NCBI GenBank assembly: GCA_029953675.1
Contig: JAMWBK010000004.1
Location: 3,100,001 to 3,164,000, forward strand
DNA: 64,000 bases
Direction of reading: 5' to 3'
Origin: Rhodosorus marinus CCMP1338
Lineage: Eukaryota > Plantae > Rhodophyta
Part shown: piece after piece, positions 38,010 to 49,379 of the stretch
Numbering within the stretch: position 1 is the first letter of the stretch
Layout of the letters: every line of letters begins with the position of its first letter
Program-made: the position numbers and the translations under genes
Notes under the pieces: model-generated
What the model saw: only the letters and a program-made list of their open reading frames with translations
Told to the model about the DNA's origin: nothing
Database searches by the model: none

Positions 38010-38687
38010 ATGGTCAAGAACTTACACAGCGTGGAATTTTTCCATAGCACGTCCTTTGCTACCCAGTCAATCTTTGTCTACGGATCCTGGGATAATTTTG
38101 CCAATGGAACGTCGATGAAAGAGGAAGGCCGCACCTTGTACAGATGCGACGTGAAAATTCCTGAGGGGGTGCATCTCTATCGATATCTGGTAGACGGGAA
38201 ATGGGAGGGACCCACGTTCGGGCAGGTAAGTTTCGCATGTCGATTGCTACGAAACATTTCTCGTACTGACAGGTCCTCTCACTCTGCTTAGAGAGTTGAA
38301 AGAGGGGAGGAAATATACGGCGTGAAATTCGTTGACGGGCAGGTTCGAACCCTTAGCTATGTGAAGGAGGCTACAATACCGAACGCACGCGTTCCCTCAA
38401 TGAAGCCTGCCACCCCAAAGACCACGTCCGCGCAAAGATCCCAGTCAAGCATCGCGGAAAATACCAGGTTCGAATCCCGCGTTGAGTCGTTGGCAGACAT
38501 GTTCAACGCGAAAGGGGTCGAGATTGGGGAGTACTATGACGTGAAAGTAGACCGCAGACAGGCGAGGAAGAAGAACGGCGCACCGTCAAAGGTGAAGAGC
38601 GTTATGGATAAGTTCGCTTCCATATTCTCGAAGAAGAAGCAGCCCAGCTCGTTACGACCGAGCATGTACAACTATGACAATAACTGA
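38010..38687 (+). CDS. CBM48 (AMPK-beta-type glycogen/starch-binding) domain protein, two exons
   Basis: SIFVYGSWDNF...YRCDVKIPEGVHLYRYLVDGKW matches the GSWDNW...G.Y.YKFxVDGxW pattern. It is followed by a low-complexity, basic tail. Confidence 0.8.
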
Positions 38688-39304
38688 ATACGCAACCAGC
38701 GTCGAAAAGTCACTTGTGCTTCGAAGCACGACCGAGCTAGCTGCTGCCCCAGAGGATATTTCTTCTTCCTTAGGGTGAGTGGTAGAGTGCGTTGGAGATC
38801 GACTTCAAATTTGAGGATCACCTGAGAGACACGGAAGGGGCTTATCAAGCAGACTTGAAGCTTCCAGGCCTGTACAACTCTCTGTATATAGTCTCACGAC
38901 TTTGCACTGCCCGCATAGAGTCGAATAAAACTGATAATCGCCGAAATGATGCACATACCTAACACACTAATATCTGAAGCATTGCTGGAGCAAGCACTCC
39001 AGCAGCATGATTGATAATATTCAACTCCGAAATAGCCGCTCAGCAGTAAACCTTTGCCTTCCCCTCGACCCGCGAGAGTAATCCGTACGCTAAACGAAAA
39101 CCACCCTCGACGCCGTCGATTCGTCGCCACGCGTACAGGGGAACCACCCAAAACAAGGCGATGTATGTGTGATTGCGCAACAGAGACTGGTCACGCTTCG
39201 GAATTCAAGGTAGAGCGCGTTTGCGCTTATCTGTTCGCAGACCCTGCATGAATGGGCTCAGTGCTCTCCGACGTCTGTACCAGGTAAGTTCGGAATAAGG
39301 GCTC

Positions 39305-40005
39305 ATGAAAAAGAAGGGGAAGGTTCGGACAGCACGAAGGTCTAGTACGACCCGACCGTCCAAGGGGCGGGAGAAGAAGCCTCGAAAGTCGAACAGGTAC
39401 GAGAGAAGGATTCGTGAACCAGATGCTCCACCGTCAAAGTCTGAGATTGATGATGACGGAGTCCCACGGAAGGTAGCGCAGTACCCCTACTCTAGTCCAA
39501 AGCAGCCATATACTAAGTTAAGTACTGGCTGGCATATTAGGCACGAGGAATGTTCGCAACAGCGGTTGTTGCACGGAAGAGACACGTTCTTGACAACGGA
39601 ATGGACGGTGATAGCCCAAGAAAAAGGGGCAACCATAGTGTTAAGCCTGCTGTCGCCAAGCGTGGCTCGGAGACTCCAACCGTCCCTGATGCGGCTACGA
39701 AGCGGAAATATGTTGCCGAAGTGCTTGACAAGCAGTTGCCAGGTGAAACCTTAAACGATTTTGAGCGGCGTCTCAAACGGGGCACAGAGAGGATCTTAAT
39801 GGGTGCCGAGACCATCACCCGTGAGAGAAGCGAGAGCAGAAAGCTCAAGAATCAAAGACGAAAGGAAAAGTCAAAAGCTCGATTTCAAGCTCGAAGCAGA
39901 CGGAACACGGAGGAGGACGATTGGAGCGGAAAGCAACCAGTGGTTGGGTTGAGCACTAGTGCTTCTGAACCGCCCCGGATTACTATTCTTCCAAGGCAGA
40001 GGTGA
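39305..40005 (+). CDS. CCDC137-like basic nucleolar protein, two exons
   Basis: A Lys/Arg-rich N-terminus, DDDGVPRK, QLPGETLNDFERRL and C-terminal PVVGLSTSASEPPRI resemble the CCDC137 motif order. Assignment from memory. Confidence 0.6.
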
Positions 40006-40597
40006 CATGGTCCTCAGAAGCCTCGAGTGGTCGCTAGAGGAACGCACAACATGCGATTTCTGTGAGGTGAGGTTCAGTGCGACGACCCAAGCAACCTTTT
40101 TTACTTGATGATGAGTTTTCGAGATTTCTGTCTGAACCAAGAGATTGGTCATGATTAGAAACTTTGTTACATACCCTTTACCTACACTGAGAGCTTTTTC
40201 GTGGAGATTTTCGAGTTCAGGCAACACCCAAAGAGCATTCCTCTTACTCGTGATGTTTTATTGTCTTTCTGTGTTCAGGCGAATCGAAGTCAAAGAGCGA
40301 CCTGCTCCTCTAAATGATCCGATCCGAAGATCAGGCATTGGAGCCATCCGCTCCATAAAAGTTCAAGATGATAGCTTTTGTGGCGGGTTGGGATGATTGT
40401 CACAGCCTGAATGAGTGCTGCGTGATTTCAATCCAGCTTTGCTTTATTATTGGTTTTATAGTTCGGAGTTTCAACATTATGGCAATACATAACAATTAGT
40501 GGGATGTAATCCATTAATCTATTGCATTGTTCCAAGCAGTTGTCTCCTCCCGCGATTAAAGGGCCCGACTACCAAGTCTGGAACATGCCGACAAGAG

Positions 40598-41291
40598 CTA
40601 CTGAACAACCTCTGGTATACGGGGATCTCCCTGTGTAACATACTTGGTCGAGAGTTCGGCATTCACAACCGCTGCTTGCTCAGCCAAATCCTTGACAATA
40701 TTTAGGATACCTGCACACGCGTGACAATTGGACCTCAGTCTCTCTCCTGTGGCAATGAAAGTCAGGATTGAACTGACTAGATCGGCGAGCTCTTTGCGTA
40801 CCCTCTGCAGACTTTCCGTTAACATCTTGCGCCTCATAGACTCCCCTCTCTGATTGAGGTACCAAGGTGGTTGCCCGATGAGAGAATTCAAAACCACAGG
40901 TTAGGGATCATAAGCTCCGAAAGTAACCCCTGTGGGAATGCGTCTGAACTGATCGGGACGCGAGCAGCAGAAGGAAACAAAACTCTCTGTATCGGAGAAC
41001 CGTACCGTATCTCGCAAGTAGCTTTGCATCAACACCGTCGCAGGGACGAACGTAAATCGGAAGACCAGGGTTAAGAGTCTTTAATTCTGAGTAGTACTTC
41101 TTCAGGAAATCTCTGCCACAAATGGAAAAGGGCCTTAAGTGCACTGCCAAGCGTACTCACACAGTGGCCCTTCGCTGGATAGCCACATATGTAGTTCGCA
41201 CTCACCTTGTCCCCTCTGAGCTCCCAGACTTAGTACAATACACAACACGCAGCTCGTTCAGTGTCACCGATAACCGCGCTTTCCAGCTCAT
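40598..41291 (-). CDS. NDUFA2: NADH:ubiquinone oxidoreductase subunit A2 (CI-B8), four exons
   Basis: Spliced product MSWKARLSVTLNELRVVYCTKSGSSEGTRDFLKKYYSELKTLNPGLPIYVRPCDGVDAKLLARYERG..., about 117 aa. Confidence 0.9.
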
Positions 41292-42192
41292 GATTCTCGA
41301 TAATACTATCAGTTCCACAAACGCAGCCCAGTCTGAAGCTGCGCACTTTTACCTTCCCCCTTCCTTCCTCGGCACACCAACTTGAGATCTAGACCTGCTC
41401 CCCCGCCCCCCCCCCCGACCGCAAAAGAAACAAACCCACCTCAGCGCTCTGACGGCACTTCGTTCCCTATATGGCAACGCACTGCGTTTTTAACCCCGGC
41501 TTGAGGAGTTCTGCTCAATCAGATCAGCGATGGTCCCACGTACAACGAACAAGGAAAAGCAGTCCCGCTTGGTTGGATTATGGAAGGGTTTGAATAGTTC
41601 TTCAAGCTTGCTGAAGAGGCTGATTCATCACGCGTTTCTAGAAAAGCTTATCGGGCATGAGCCAGGCGCGGACACGAAGAATTGAAGAAGTACTCTGCAA
41701 TGGACTGTTCAAGCTCGAGCTGATGGCATTGGATCATTCCATACATTGCGCTCACGTGCTTCTTTTAGGATTTACTTCGCGACGTATTCGCCGTCAACAG
41801 TTTGGTTAATTCTGATTGAAGGTCCTTGACTGAGTCGAAGGAGATGCGACTTGGTTTCCAATCATTTTTCGTCACACAGGACGCACGAATTCGAGATACA
41901 GCGGTTGTTTCAGTAGAAGAACCAATTTGTTGGCGCCACGCAGCGGCTGGTTTCGATCAGTGCTGCCCGCGGGCTTCTCTATATCCGATTGAACCATCCT
42001 CGCGAAAGCCTTAGAAAGGCCATTGCAAGTCCACAGCAACTATGCTAAAGATTGCTGATGGTTTCGTACAACCACAGCGTCGCCCATCGCATCATTGGGA
42101 ATTACTGACGTTCCGTTTAAGTTACCCAGGCTTTCGCATGTGGTTGAAGCTACGTGCTCACTAGCAGCAAACTCCGTTCGGAGGCCTGCCCT

Positions 42193-42690
42193 TTACCAGA
42201 CTTTGTTCTCCACAACAATCTCGACCAGCTCTTTTACGAGCTCCTGCGGAACTGAAGTCGCTTGCAGAGAAACACAAAGAATTATAGGTAAACTTGTTGT
42301 AGATGCCATAGCAACAGACTCGATGATTCTTCGAGCGCAAAGATCCAGTGAAAGATCATCACTCGGAGCGCCCAGGAGAGTCTGCACAGTAAACGAAGGG
42401 TTTCCTTCCATAGTGATTTCTCGCCCCGCTTGTATCTGTTTGAAGAAGAATACGAGCGGATCAGTCTCCGGCAAGAAAAAAGGCATCTTCAGTCTTGTCG
42501 GAATGCTGTTTGAGATGAAGATGTGCATCAGGCTCACGATTGTCCCGATCTTCCCAGTTTGAGTTATGAGAATGAGAATACGATCGGAAAACTTTTCGGC
42601 AAAGAATTTAGTTTTGACTCCAGCAACATCCGCCTCAAGCTGCTCTACAGAGTGCACCGGGTGACTCTCATCTGCCCCCGCAAACTTCAT
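42193..42690 (-). CDS. PSMG3: Proteasome assembly chaperone 3 (PAC3)
   Basis: FSDRILILITQTGKIGTI, then (after a probable in-frame intron) FTVQTLLG...LDLCARRI...IILCVSL...ENKVW*. Confidence 0.88.
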   Translation of the reverse strand: MKFAGADESHPVHSVEQLEADVAGVKTKFFAEKFSDRILILITQTGKIGTIVSLMHIFISNSIPTRLKMPFFLPETDPLVFFFKQIQAGREITMEGNPSFTVQTLLGAPSDDLSLDLCARRIIESVAMASTTSLPIILCVSLQATSVPQELVKELVEIVVENKVW

Positions 42691-43643
42691 CGCTCGCATT
42701 CCACTCGAGCCTATTCAGTTTAAATTGTGGACTGGAAATACGTTTCTTAGGTGTTCCCGTAGACTCGCGCTCTACCTCCCGAGGCAAGCTTGCTCCAGCC
42801 ACTGCAGCTCTTCCACTTTCCTTTTTCCTTGTACGAAATTCCGAATACATAAAGAAAGGCAATTGGCTTCCCACGTAGCTCGTGATTGACCTCAGTATTG
42901 CTGTTCTCAATTACTTGCCTTTGGCGTATACCCTTGGGAAAGAAATTATGGGACGGAAGACGATGAGAGCATTAGCTCAAGATTGAGACTTTGCTTGCTA
43001 ATAGGTAAACCCCCAACTGAGAAATTCCCAAGCAGCCGAAGAAAATTGGTAGGAACGAAGGGTTCTTTTTAGTGAAGGCCGTCCTATCTACCAGCGTATG
43101 AAGCTTTCCAGTTTCGCACGGGACAGTAGTGAGGAGTGCAACTCGTTGTATAGTACAATACTTCCAGTCATTTTTTATCCACACGCTATTACTTCTTTTT
43201 GAACCACTCGGCGAGCAGCAAATCAGAACAACGACAATCCTGAAAGAAGAGACTTCGCAGTCAAGCTCGACTGGTTGTCACTTTTGAGGATTGGGAGTAC
43301 TTGCTGCTGATAGCCACAACGAAATGAGTCGTACAAGGGGGACAGAAAGGCACGCCAAAAGCTGATATCCCGGACACAACCAAACCAACTTAGTAGGAGT
43401 GCAAAACTGCCAGATTCTCGCCCCTTATCTCAGATACAATCTCATCCGTTTCGTGCTGGTGGTCTTTGCTTACAATTTGTCGCAGCTAACTCGGTGAAGT
43501 GTCCAAACCTTGTTAGACCATCGTACATGCCGAGGTCTTGAAACCGAGATAAAATATATGTCCCTCGCTTAAATTGATCACGCAAGCGTTTCGCCGTGCT
43601 TCACTCGCCACAGCTGAACCTGCACACGTTGGCAATCAGCAGC

Positions 43644-44930
43644 TCATGATCCCCTCGCTAGGTGACCCTCCTCGTGCTTCTTTAAGTCCCATCTTTGGAA
43701 GAATCTGCGACCGCATTCAATACATTGATATTTCCTCTCACCCCTATGTACGGACAGGATGTGCCTGTTAACCTTCGACTGATTCTTGAATCCCTTTCCG
43801 CATTCTGGACACTCGGCAAGAGCAATCTTGTAGTGCACGGAGTAAATATGGTCCCGAAGATGTGTGCGGTGAATGAAATGTCTATTGCACATTTCACACT
43901 CAAAATTTCTTTCTTGTAGGTGTACAGTTCTAACATGCCTTCTGGTGTCGTGTTTCCGCGTAAACTGTGCCCCGCAGATAGGACATGTTAGATCATCCTC
44001 CGCCGCATCTGCACCAGTTCTCTTGCTGATAATCCTATCCACCGACCCATCGATCGACCCATCGGTCAGCAGCATCGGACTCCGCGGACCCGTCGCACAC
44101 ATCACTACAGACTGAGCATATTTGATACGCGCTGCCTCCGCAACGTACCCGTTTGGGGCATAATTATAAAATTTCGGAAAGGAGACGGCATGGTGCACCA
44201 TTTCCATACTACCCTCGCCTTCTGGAGTGGACATCACGCCGGTCACCTGGAACTTTCCCTGGAACACTCTACTGAAAACCTCGCAAAGCGCTCCGTTAAG
44301 GAAATGTAGATCCTGACTGTTCGAGAAGGAGACTCCCTGTATGATAGACTCACGGGTTATGTCGGTGAGGGATTTCGTCCTAATGTTATCCTCGCACTCG
44401 CATGTGAAGCCTTCCCTTGCACAATAGCTGCAGAGTTTTCGTTCTCTCGTTGTGAACCCAAAATAAACATTTGAGGGGTTGCTTTTCTCGTAAACATAGT
44501 TAGAACAGGTCATATCACCACTGGGTAGAAACTTGAACGTCATTAGTTCGACAAGACCACTAGAAGAACGATGACAAACGTTAGCAGTTATCGTAGAACC
44601 CCGGCTGTCCACTATGTACCTGCTCGTTGTACTGTGTTCGAGAGGAAACATTGCGCTAAGAATACTCCGCCCACCGAACAGCGTCCCGTACACAGCCCCG
44701 TTTCTCGCTGCCTGAGGAACAAACATAGGAGCCCAAGCCGTAATTGGAACGAGTAAATCGTCACCAGTCAATTTCATGTGATTTATTTGCAGCAGAGCTC
44801 CGCCCTCGAAGTCGAAGTTGGGGTCCGGCGCATCCCCATAAAGCCACGCTGACATCCCGTCGACTTGGAGACTCATATCCGCAAGAAGGCCTTCCATAGT
44901 CAATGAATTTCCAATCTCATGTTCGTCCAT
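43644..44930 (-). CDS. C2H2 zinc-finger protein, paralogue 1 (intronless; unrecognised N-terminal domain + 4 fingers)
   Basis: Single long ORF with four fingers: CPIC...HVRTVH, CEMC...HIYSVH, CPEC...HILSVH, CIEC...HEEGH. The N-terminal region aligns with the ORFs at 48117 and 50678. Confidence 0.92.
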   Translation of the reverse strand: MDEHEIGNSLTMEGLLADMSLQVDGMSAWLYGDAPDPNFDFEGGALLQINHMKLTGDDLLVPITAWAPMFVPQAARNGAVYGTLFGGRSILSAMFPLEHSTTSRYIVDSRGSTITANVCHRSSSGLVELMTFKFLPSGDMTCSNYVYEKSNPSNVYFGFTTRERKLCSYCAREGFTCECEDNIRTKSLTDITRESIIQGVSFSNSQDLHFLNGALCEVFSRVFQGKFQVTGVMSTPEGEGSMEMVHHAVSFPKFYNYAPNGYVAEAARIKYAQSVVMCATGPRSPMLLTDGSIDGSVDRIISKRTGADAAEDDLTCPICGAQFTRKHDTRRHVRTVHLQERNFECEMCNRHFIHRTHLRDHIYSVHYKIALAECPECGKGFKNQSKVNRHILSVHRGERKYQCIECGRRFFQRWDLKKHEEGHLARGS

Positions 44931-45477
44931 ATTCTGAAGTGTTAGCCCGAAAACGTCCGAAAGCGTTCCAAGCAAAGCGTTTCCAGCCCATATTCAAACT
45001 AGCTTCCCTCCCTGCTATGGTTGTCTCACAGAGTCCAAATACAAATGAGTCTACTGTCGCTCTACATGCCACACCCAAACTAGCCCTCGCAGGCGCCTGG
45101 GCTTCTCCCGACCCAACAATCCGGTTTCCTGCGGACTAGCCCGACCCCCACATATACCGCACCTCCATGAGTGAGGCATAGAGTGAGGCAAAGCGGAATT
45201 CTGCATTTTCTCCAGCCGGCATTCCGCTGATACCTCGGAACATTATAACATTAAAAAACACCAACACGTTTGGCCCCGAACTAACCTTGCTGAACAGGCT
45301 ACGAATTCGTGGTGCTTCGTTGTTTGCTCCAACGAGCGACTCCGTTAAGAGGCAGGGGATGTGGACCGCGAGGGGCGTATGGGCCGCGTCAGACAATGAG
45401 GGCGGGGGTATTGTTCTGAAGCGGTTCGCATGATCCGATAGACTTTTTTCAGCAGTGAAAGCCACGGGAATATAGTT

Positions 45478-45814
45478 AGGCCCGTGACCAACATGCCCGG
45501 AGCTTTTGAATGAATGCTCCTCGATTTCGAAATGAAATTAGGGCGCTGTGGAAGAGCGACTCACCACAAACCTCAAAGATAAATAAGGGATATCAGACGG
45601 TTCCTGCATGAGTTTACGGACGAGGGACTGGCCATGGAATACTTCAGGCCCGTGACTACCATGGTGGAAGCTGTCAAATGAATGCTCCTCGATTTCGGAA
45701 TGAATTTGCGACGCTGTCGAAGAGGCGACTCACCGCAAACCCCAAAGATGAGTAAGGGGTATGTTACGGTTCCTCCATGAGGTAGCGGACGAGGGACTGG
45801 CCATGGAATACTTC
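45478..45814. repeat. Diverged tandem duplication, two ~168-bp units
   Basis: Units start at 45478 and 45646 (aggcccgtgac...ggccatggaatacttc). About 28 differences over 169 aligned positions by manual alignment. Confidence 0.93.
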
Positions 45815-46671
45815 AGGGTTTTTTTTTGTGTTTTGACCGTTGATATCGGAATAGCTATACACCAAGAGACTGAATCTTCAAACAATAGCCACATTTCAAC
45901 CTCTAGGTACCAGTTTCCAGCAGATTCCGTAACAATCTTGGACGAACTTCTACTCAGCGAATCGCATACGGTCAACCATACCAGATATTATCCAATTCAA
46001 CAAACCTTTGCGCGCAGCCAAAGACCAGAAACCTCCATCAGGGGGCAGCTGACTCGAACTGGACTCATGAGCACCACTATCGGGCTGCTTCAGCCCCTCT
46101 TCACACTTGTCCTCGTCACTGAACACATCCACTATTGAGAAAAAAGCAAACCCAGCGCTATGAGGACATGTTCAATAGGAGGGTTCGAAGGCCCATGGAT
46201 TATGCACCCCACTGCTGTCCCCGCCCAAGTTGGCTCTCACATGGGTGTCGTTGTTGTCATCCTAATTCACACCCTAAAACGCTCTACTCTCTGGTTAATG
46301 CCTGCTCGAGCAACGCAAAATAAAAGGTTCTCCTTTGTTCGTTGCGCGATGGCACTGAACGCCTTCCACTGTGTGTTACTGAACAAGCAACTTCCCGAAG
46401 GTTCTGCCTAAGGGATGCTTCAGCGAACCCGGCGAAGCTGTAACAGTCGAATGATCCCAGTACAAGCGAGTCGCAGAAGATGATCTGCACCTGTGAGTTT
46501 TCAAAAGTCCGACCAGCTTCCTTGAGTCCAATATGCCGCGACCTCGGAACAAGGACAGAGCTCCGATCATGTCAAGGCGTTTTCTCTCACGCAAAAGAAA
46601 ACCTAAGTCTTTAAACCGATAACAGTACGTGAATTCCTCGAGCGTCGAAACATGACCGAAAATACATACAC

Positions 46672-46785
46672 CTAAGAGTCAAGCCTTTGTCTCTTGCGTC
46701 TATGCTGTCGCTTATCCTCATCGGATGAAGAACTCCATCCGTGCCTGCGAGCTCCTTCTTCTTCATGCTTCTGCCGTTCGCGCTC

Positions 46786-46816
<31 letters not shown>

Positions 46817-47235
46817 CTCTTCTTCTTTTCGGATTCCTTATGCTTTCTCCTGCCTTGGTCCTCATCCGGTACCTCGTGTGCGTCATTCTCAGCACTTGCC
46901 TCAATATCGTTTCCTGCCAGCTCACTCCGCATCGCTTCCTTCACCGCGTCTGTTGCAGTGGCACCCGACAGAGCCCGATTCATCATATCCGCTTCCCTTT
47001 TTTTCACTGCCAGCAGCTCTTCTTTCCGCTTGAGCGCTATTTCCTCTTTGGAAGTGCCCTTGTTTTTCGCATACCATTGCAGGTCCTTTCCCTCTTGCCA
47101 CCTGCCGACCGGAGCATTGAGCGAATGGCCAAGATAATTCTCCCTGTGCTTATCATTTTTCACTTCCTCCCAATCGAATTGGTCCCTCCCGCCCCTTGTT
47201 CCCCCTCTCCTACCAGCACTGCTCACTAAATCCAT
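46672..47235 (-). CDS. MMTAG2: Multiple myeloma tumour-associated protein 2 homolog (C1orf35 family), intronless
   Basis: RGGTRGGRDQFDWEEVKNDKHRENYLGHSLNAPVGRWQEGKDLQWYAK, followed by a Lys/Arg-rich tail. Confidence 0.92.
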
Positions 47236-48116
47236 CGCAGCCTCAGGCCAGCAACTTCGATCACCTCTCCGTCAAGTCCTTCGGAGAATCACCAGACGAA
47301 TCAGAAGGTCACCCACATTTACGCTTTGCTTGCCGAAGCGAACGCGAACACCAATCTCCGCAAAAAAACCCACGAAATCTGTTCTCTTGCAACAAGCAGT
47401 ATGCGTGTTGGTCGCTTCCTTCAACGTTGCCTAGGAGGCCTTTGTGCATAGACCTTCTAGCTAAAATCCACACACCCCTGCTGTCCGGACTAAAGGAAGC
47501 TGAACGAGTCACAAAAGGCTGAAGCGCAGCTGGCGGTGCTCATTTACCAGAGAGAATGGGCGTGGGATGCGAATCTCGTGTAGAGGTGTTTCCACGAACA
47601 GAGTTTGGTGTTCGGGCGTTCGAGTTACGACCAGCCATCCGTCTGGCAACTGATGTCTCGGTTCGCACCACCCTCTGAAGTCTATCGACGTCTTTTCACA
47701 TAGAAGGGGCAGTCTGCAAGTGGTGCTGAAAGCCGAAAGCTGACGAGTGCGCTAAACCGGGTCTTTGTCACTTTCGTTAGCAAGTGTACCTTCTGATTCT
47801 TGATTGTCCTCGCACGCACTCTGACATCAAGATGCGTATTCTCCTTCTCGCTCGGACTCACCATCTGGAGAGCGTTGCGCTCGCAGAGCTGTGAAGATGG
47901 TATTATCCGTGGGTGGCAACCTCGTCTGGGTGTAGAATCCGTTCATCAACGTTTGCTCATAGCATCTAATTTCCCTTCGCTGAAGAATTCGAAAGCTGCC
48001 AATAACCAAGAAAACTGGTTTTTACATATTACTTTTCATAAAAACCACCAAAGATAAATAAGCGCTACAGCAGCATAGGGAAAAATGTAAGCCTTGACAT
48101 GCACAGGAGTAAATGA

Positions 48117-49379
48117 CTACCTCTGAGACTGATGCGTCTCACAGTGTTTCTTCAGATCCCATTTCTGGAAAAAGCTTCGGCCGCAAACTTCACAAGAATG
48201 CCGTTTCTGCTTCCTATGCACAGCGAGGACGTGCCTGTTCACTTTCGACCTGCTTACGAAACTTTTCCCGCACTCTGGACACAGCGCTTTGTTTAGCTTG
48301 TAGTGTACTGATGCAACGTGATCGCGCAAATGTGTCTTGTGCACAAATCGTCTTGAGCACAAGGAACACTCGTATTCCCGTTCCCCGACACGAAGCAACC
48401 TATAATGTATATCATCATCTTCTTTGCTCTGAAGCTTTGCCCCACACTCAGTGCGCGTAATGCTACCATCACCGTGGGCGAGGCGTGAATCGTTTGACTC
48501 CTTTCGTTTGGGGGAATCTGCATCCTCACTGCACCCGCTGCTGTCAGTCAAAAACAAAGCGGAATTGGGCGTGTGAGAAGAAATGTACATTTGGGCATGT
48601 CCTATTCTTGCGGTGTCCACGACTCTCCCAGAAGGCATAAAGCTATAGCTTTTCGGAAAATGACAGTGAGAGTGTATCAACTCGGTCGAGCCGAAATCCT
48701 TGCGCATAGCGAGGGTACCCCACAGTGAGTACTTCGTGCTGAAAAGTAAGGAGAATGCTTCAGCAATGCCTTCGCACATAGTAACATGATCGTTCGACTT
48801 CGAGAATGAGAGTCCTGTCCGCTGGTAACCGTGTTCCACGTCCGCAAGGGCTCGTATTCGCATCCCCTCGGAGCACTCGCACACAAAACCCCGCGAAGAG
48901 CAAAACGGACATAGTCTTTTTTCTCTCAATTGAAACTTGAAAAAGATTTCATCTGGATTGCTCTGCAGATAAACAGCATTTGAGCATTTTGTGTCGCCAA
49001 TTCCATCCAGTTGGACGCGCAACAGTTCTATGGACCCCGCTTCAGATCTGTGGCAAAAGTAGAGCGTCATAAATTCACCGCGGCAGTCAATACAATATCG
49101 GCTCGAGTTGCCGACTTCCATAGGGAAGACAGCGCTGAGCAAACTGCGACCGCCGAATACCGTCCCGAAAAGTACCCCGTCCTGAGCGTACTGGGGCACA
49201 AACAACGGAGTCCAGACATTCGCTGGAAGCTCCAAGTCGTCTGACCTAAGCTTCATTCGATTTGATTGTAGCAGTGAACCCCGCTCAAACCTAAAGGGAA
49301 GGTCTGGCACGTCACAATATAGCCATTGCATCATCATTTCGTCGGGAATCCATTGGTCAGGCCTGGTTTCCGGTTCCAT
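48117..49379 (-). CDS. C2H2 zinc-finger protein, paralogue 2 (intronless; 3 intact fingers + 1 degenerate)
   Basis: 420-aa ORF with the same N-terminal domain. Fingers CSLC, CPEC and CEVC are intact; the first finger lacks its first Cys and last His. Confidence 0.92.
   Translation of the reverse strand: MEPETRPDQWIPDEMMMQWLYCDVPDLPFRFERGSLLQSNRMKLRSDDLELPANVWTPLFVPQYAQDGVLFGTVFGGRSLLSAVFPMEVGNSSRYCIDCRGEFMTLYFCHRSEAGSIELLRVQLDGIGDTKCSNAVYLQSNPDEIFFKFQLREKRLCPFCSSRGFVCECSEGMRIRALADVEHGYQRTGLSFSKSNDHVTMCEGIAEAFSLLFSTKYSLWGTLAMRKDFGSTELIHSHCHFPKSYSFMPSGRVVDTARIGHAQMYISSHTPNSALFLTDSSGCSEDADSPKRKESNDSRLAHGDGSITRTECGAKLQSKEDDDIHYRLLRVGEREYECSLCSRRFVHKTHLRDHVASVHYKLNKALCPECGKSFVSRSKVNRHVLAVHRKQKRHSCEVCGRSFFQKWDLKKHCETHQSQR

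Noticed and set aside
45136-46600. Chain of short minus-strand ORFs that might form a spliced gene across the 168-bp repeat
   Set aside because: Every frame tested hits a stop in one repeat unit; cannot support a gene or pseudogene call.
46694-47229. Poly-Phe/poly-Ser/poly-Leu plus-strand ORFs
   Set aside because: Antisense of the Lys/Arg-rich MMTAG2 coding sequence.
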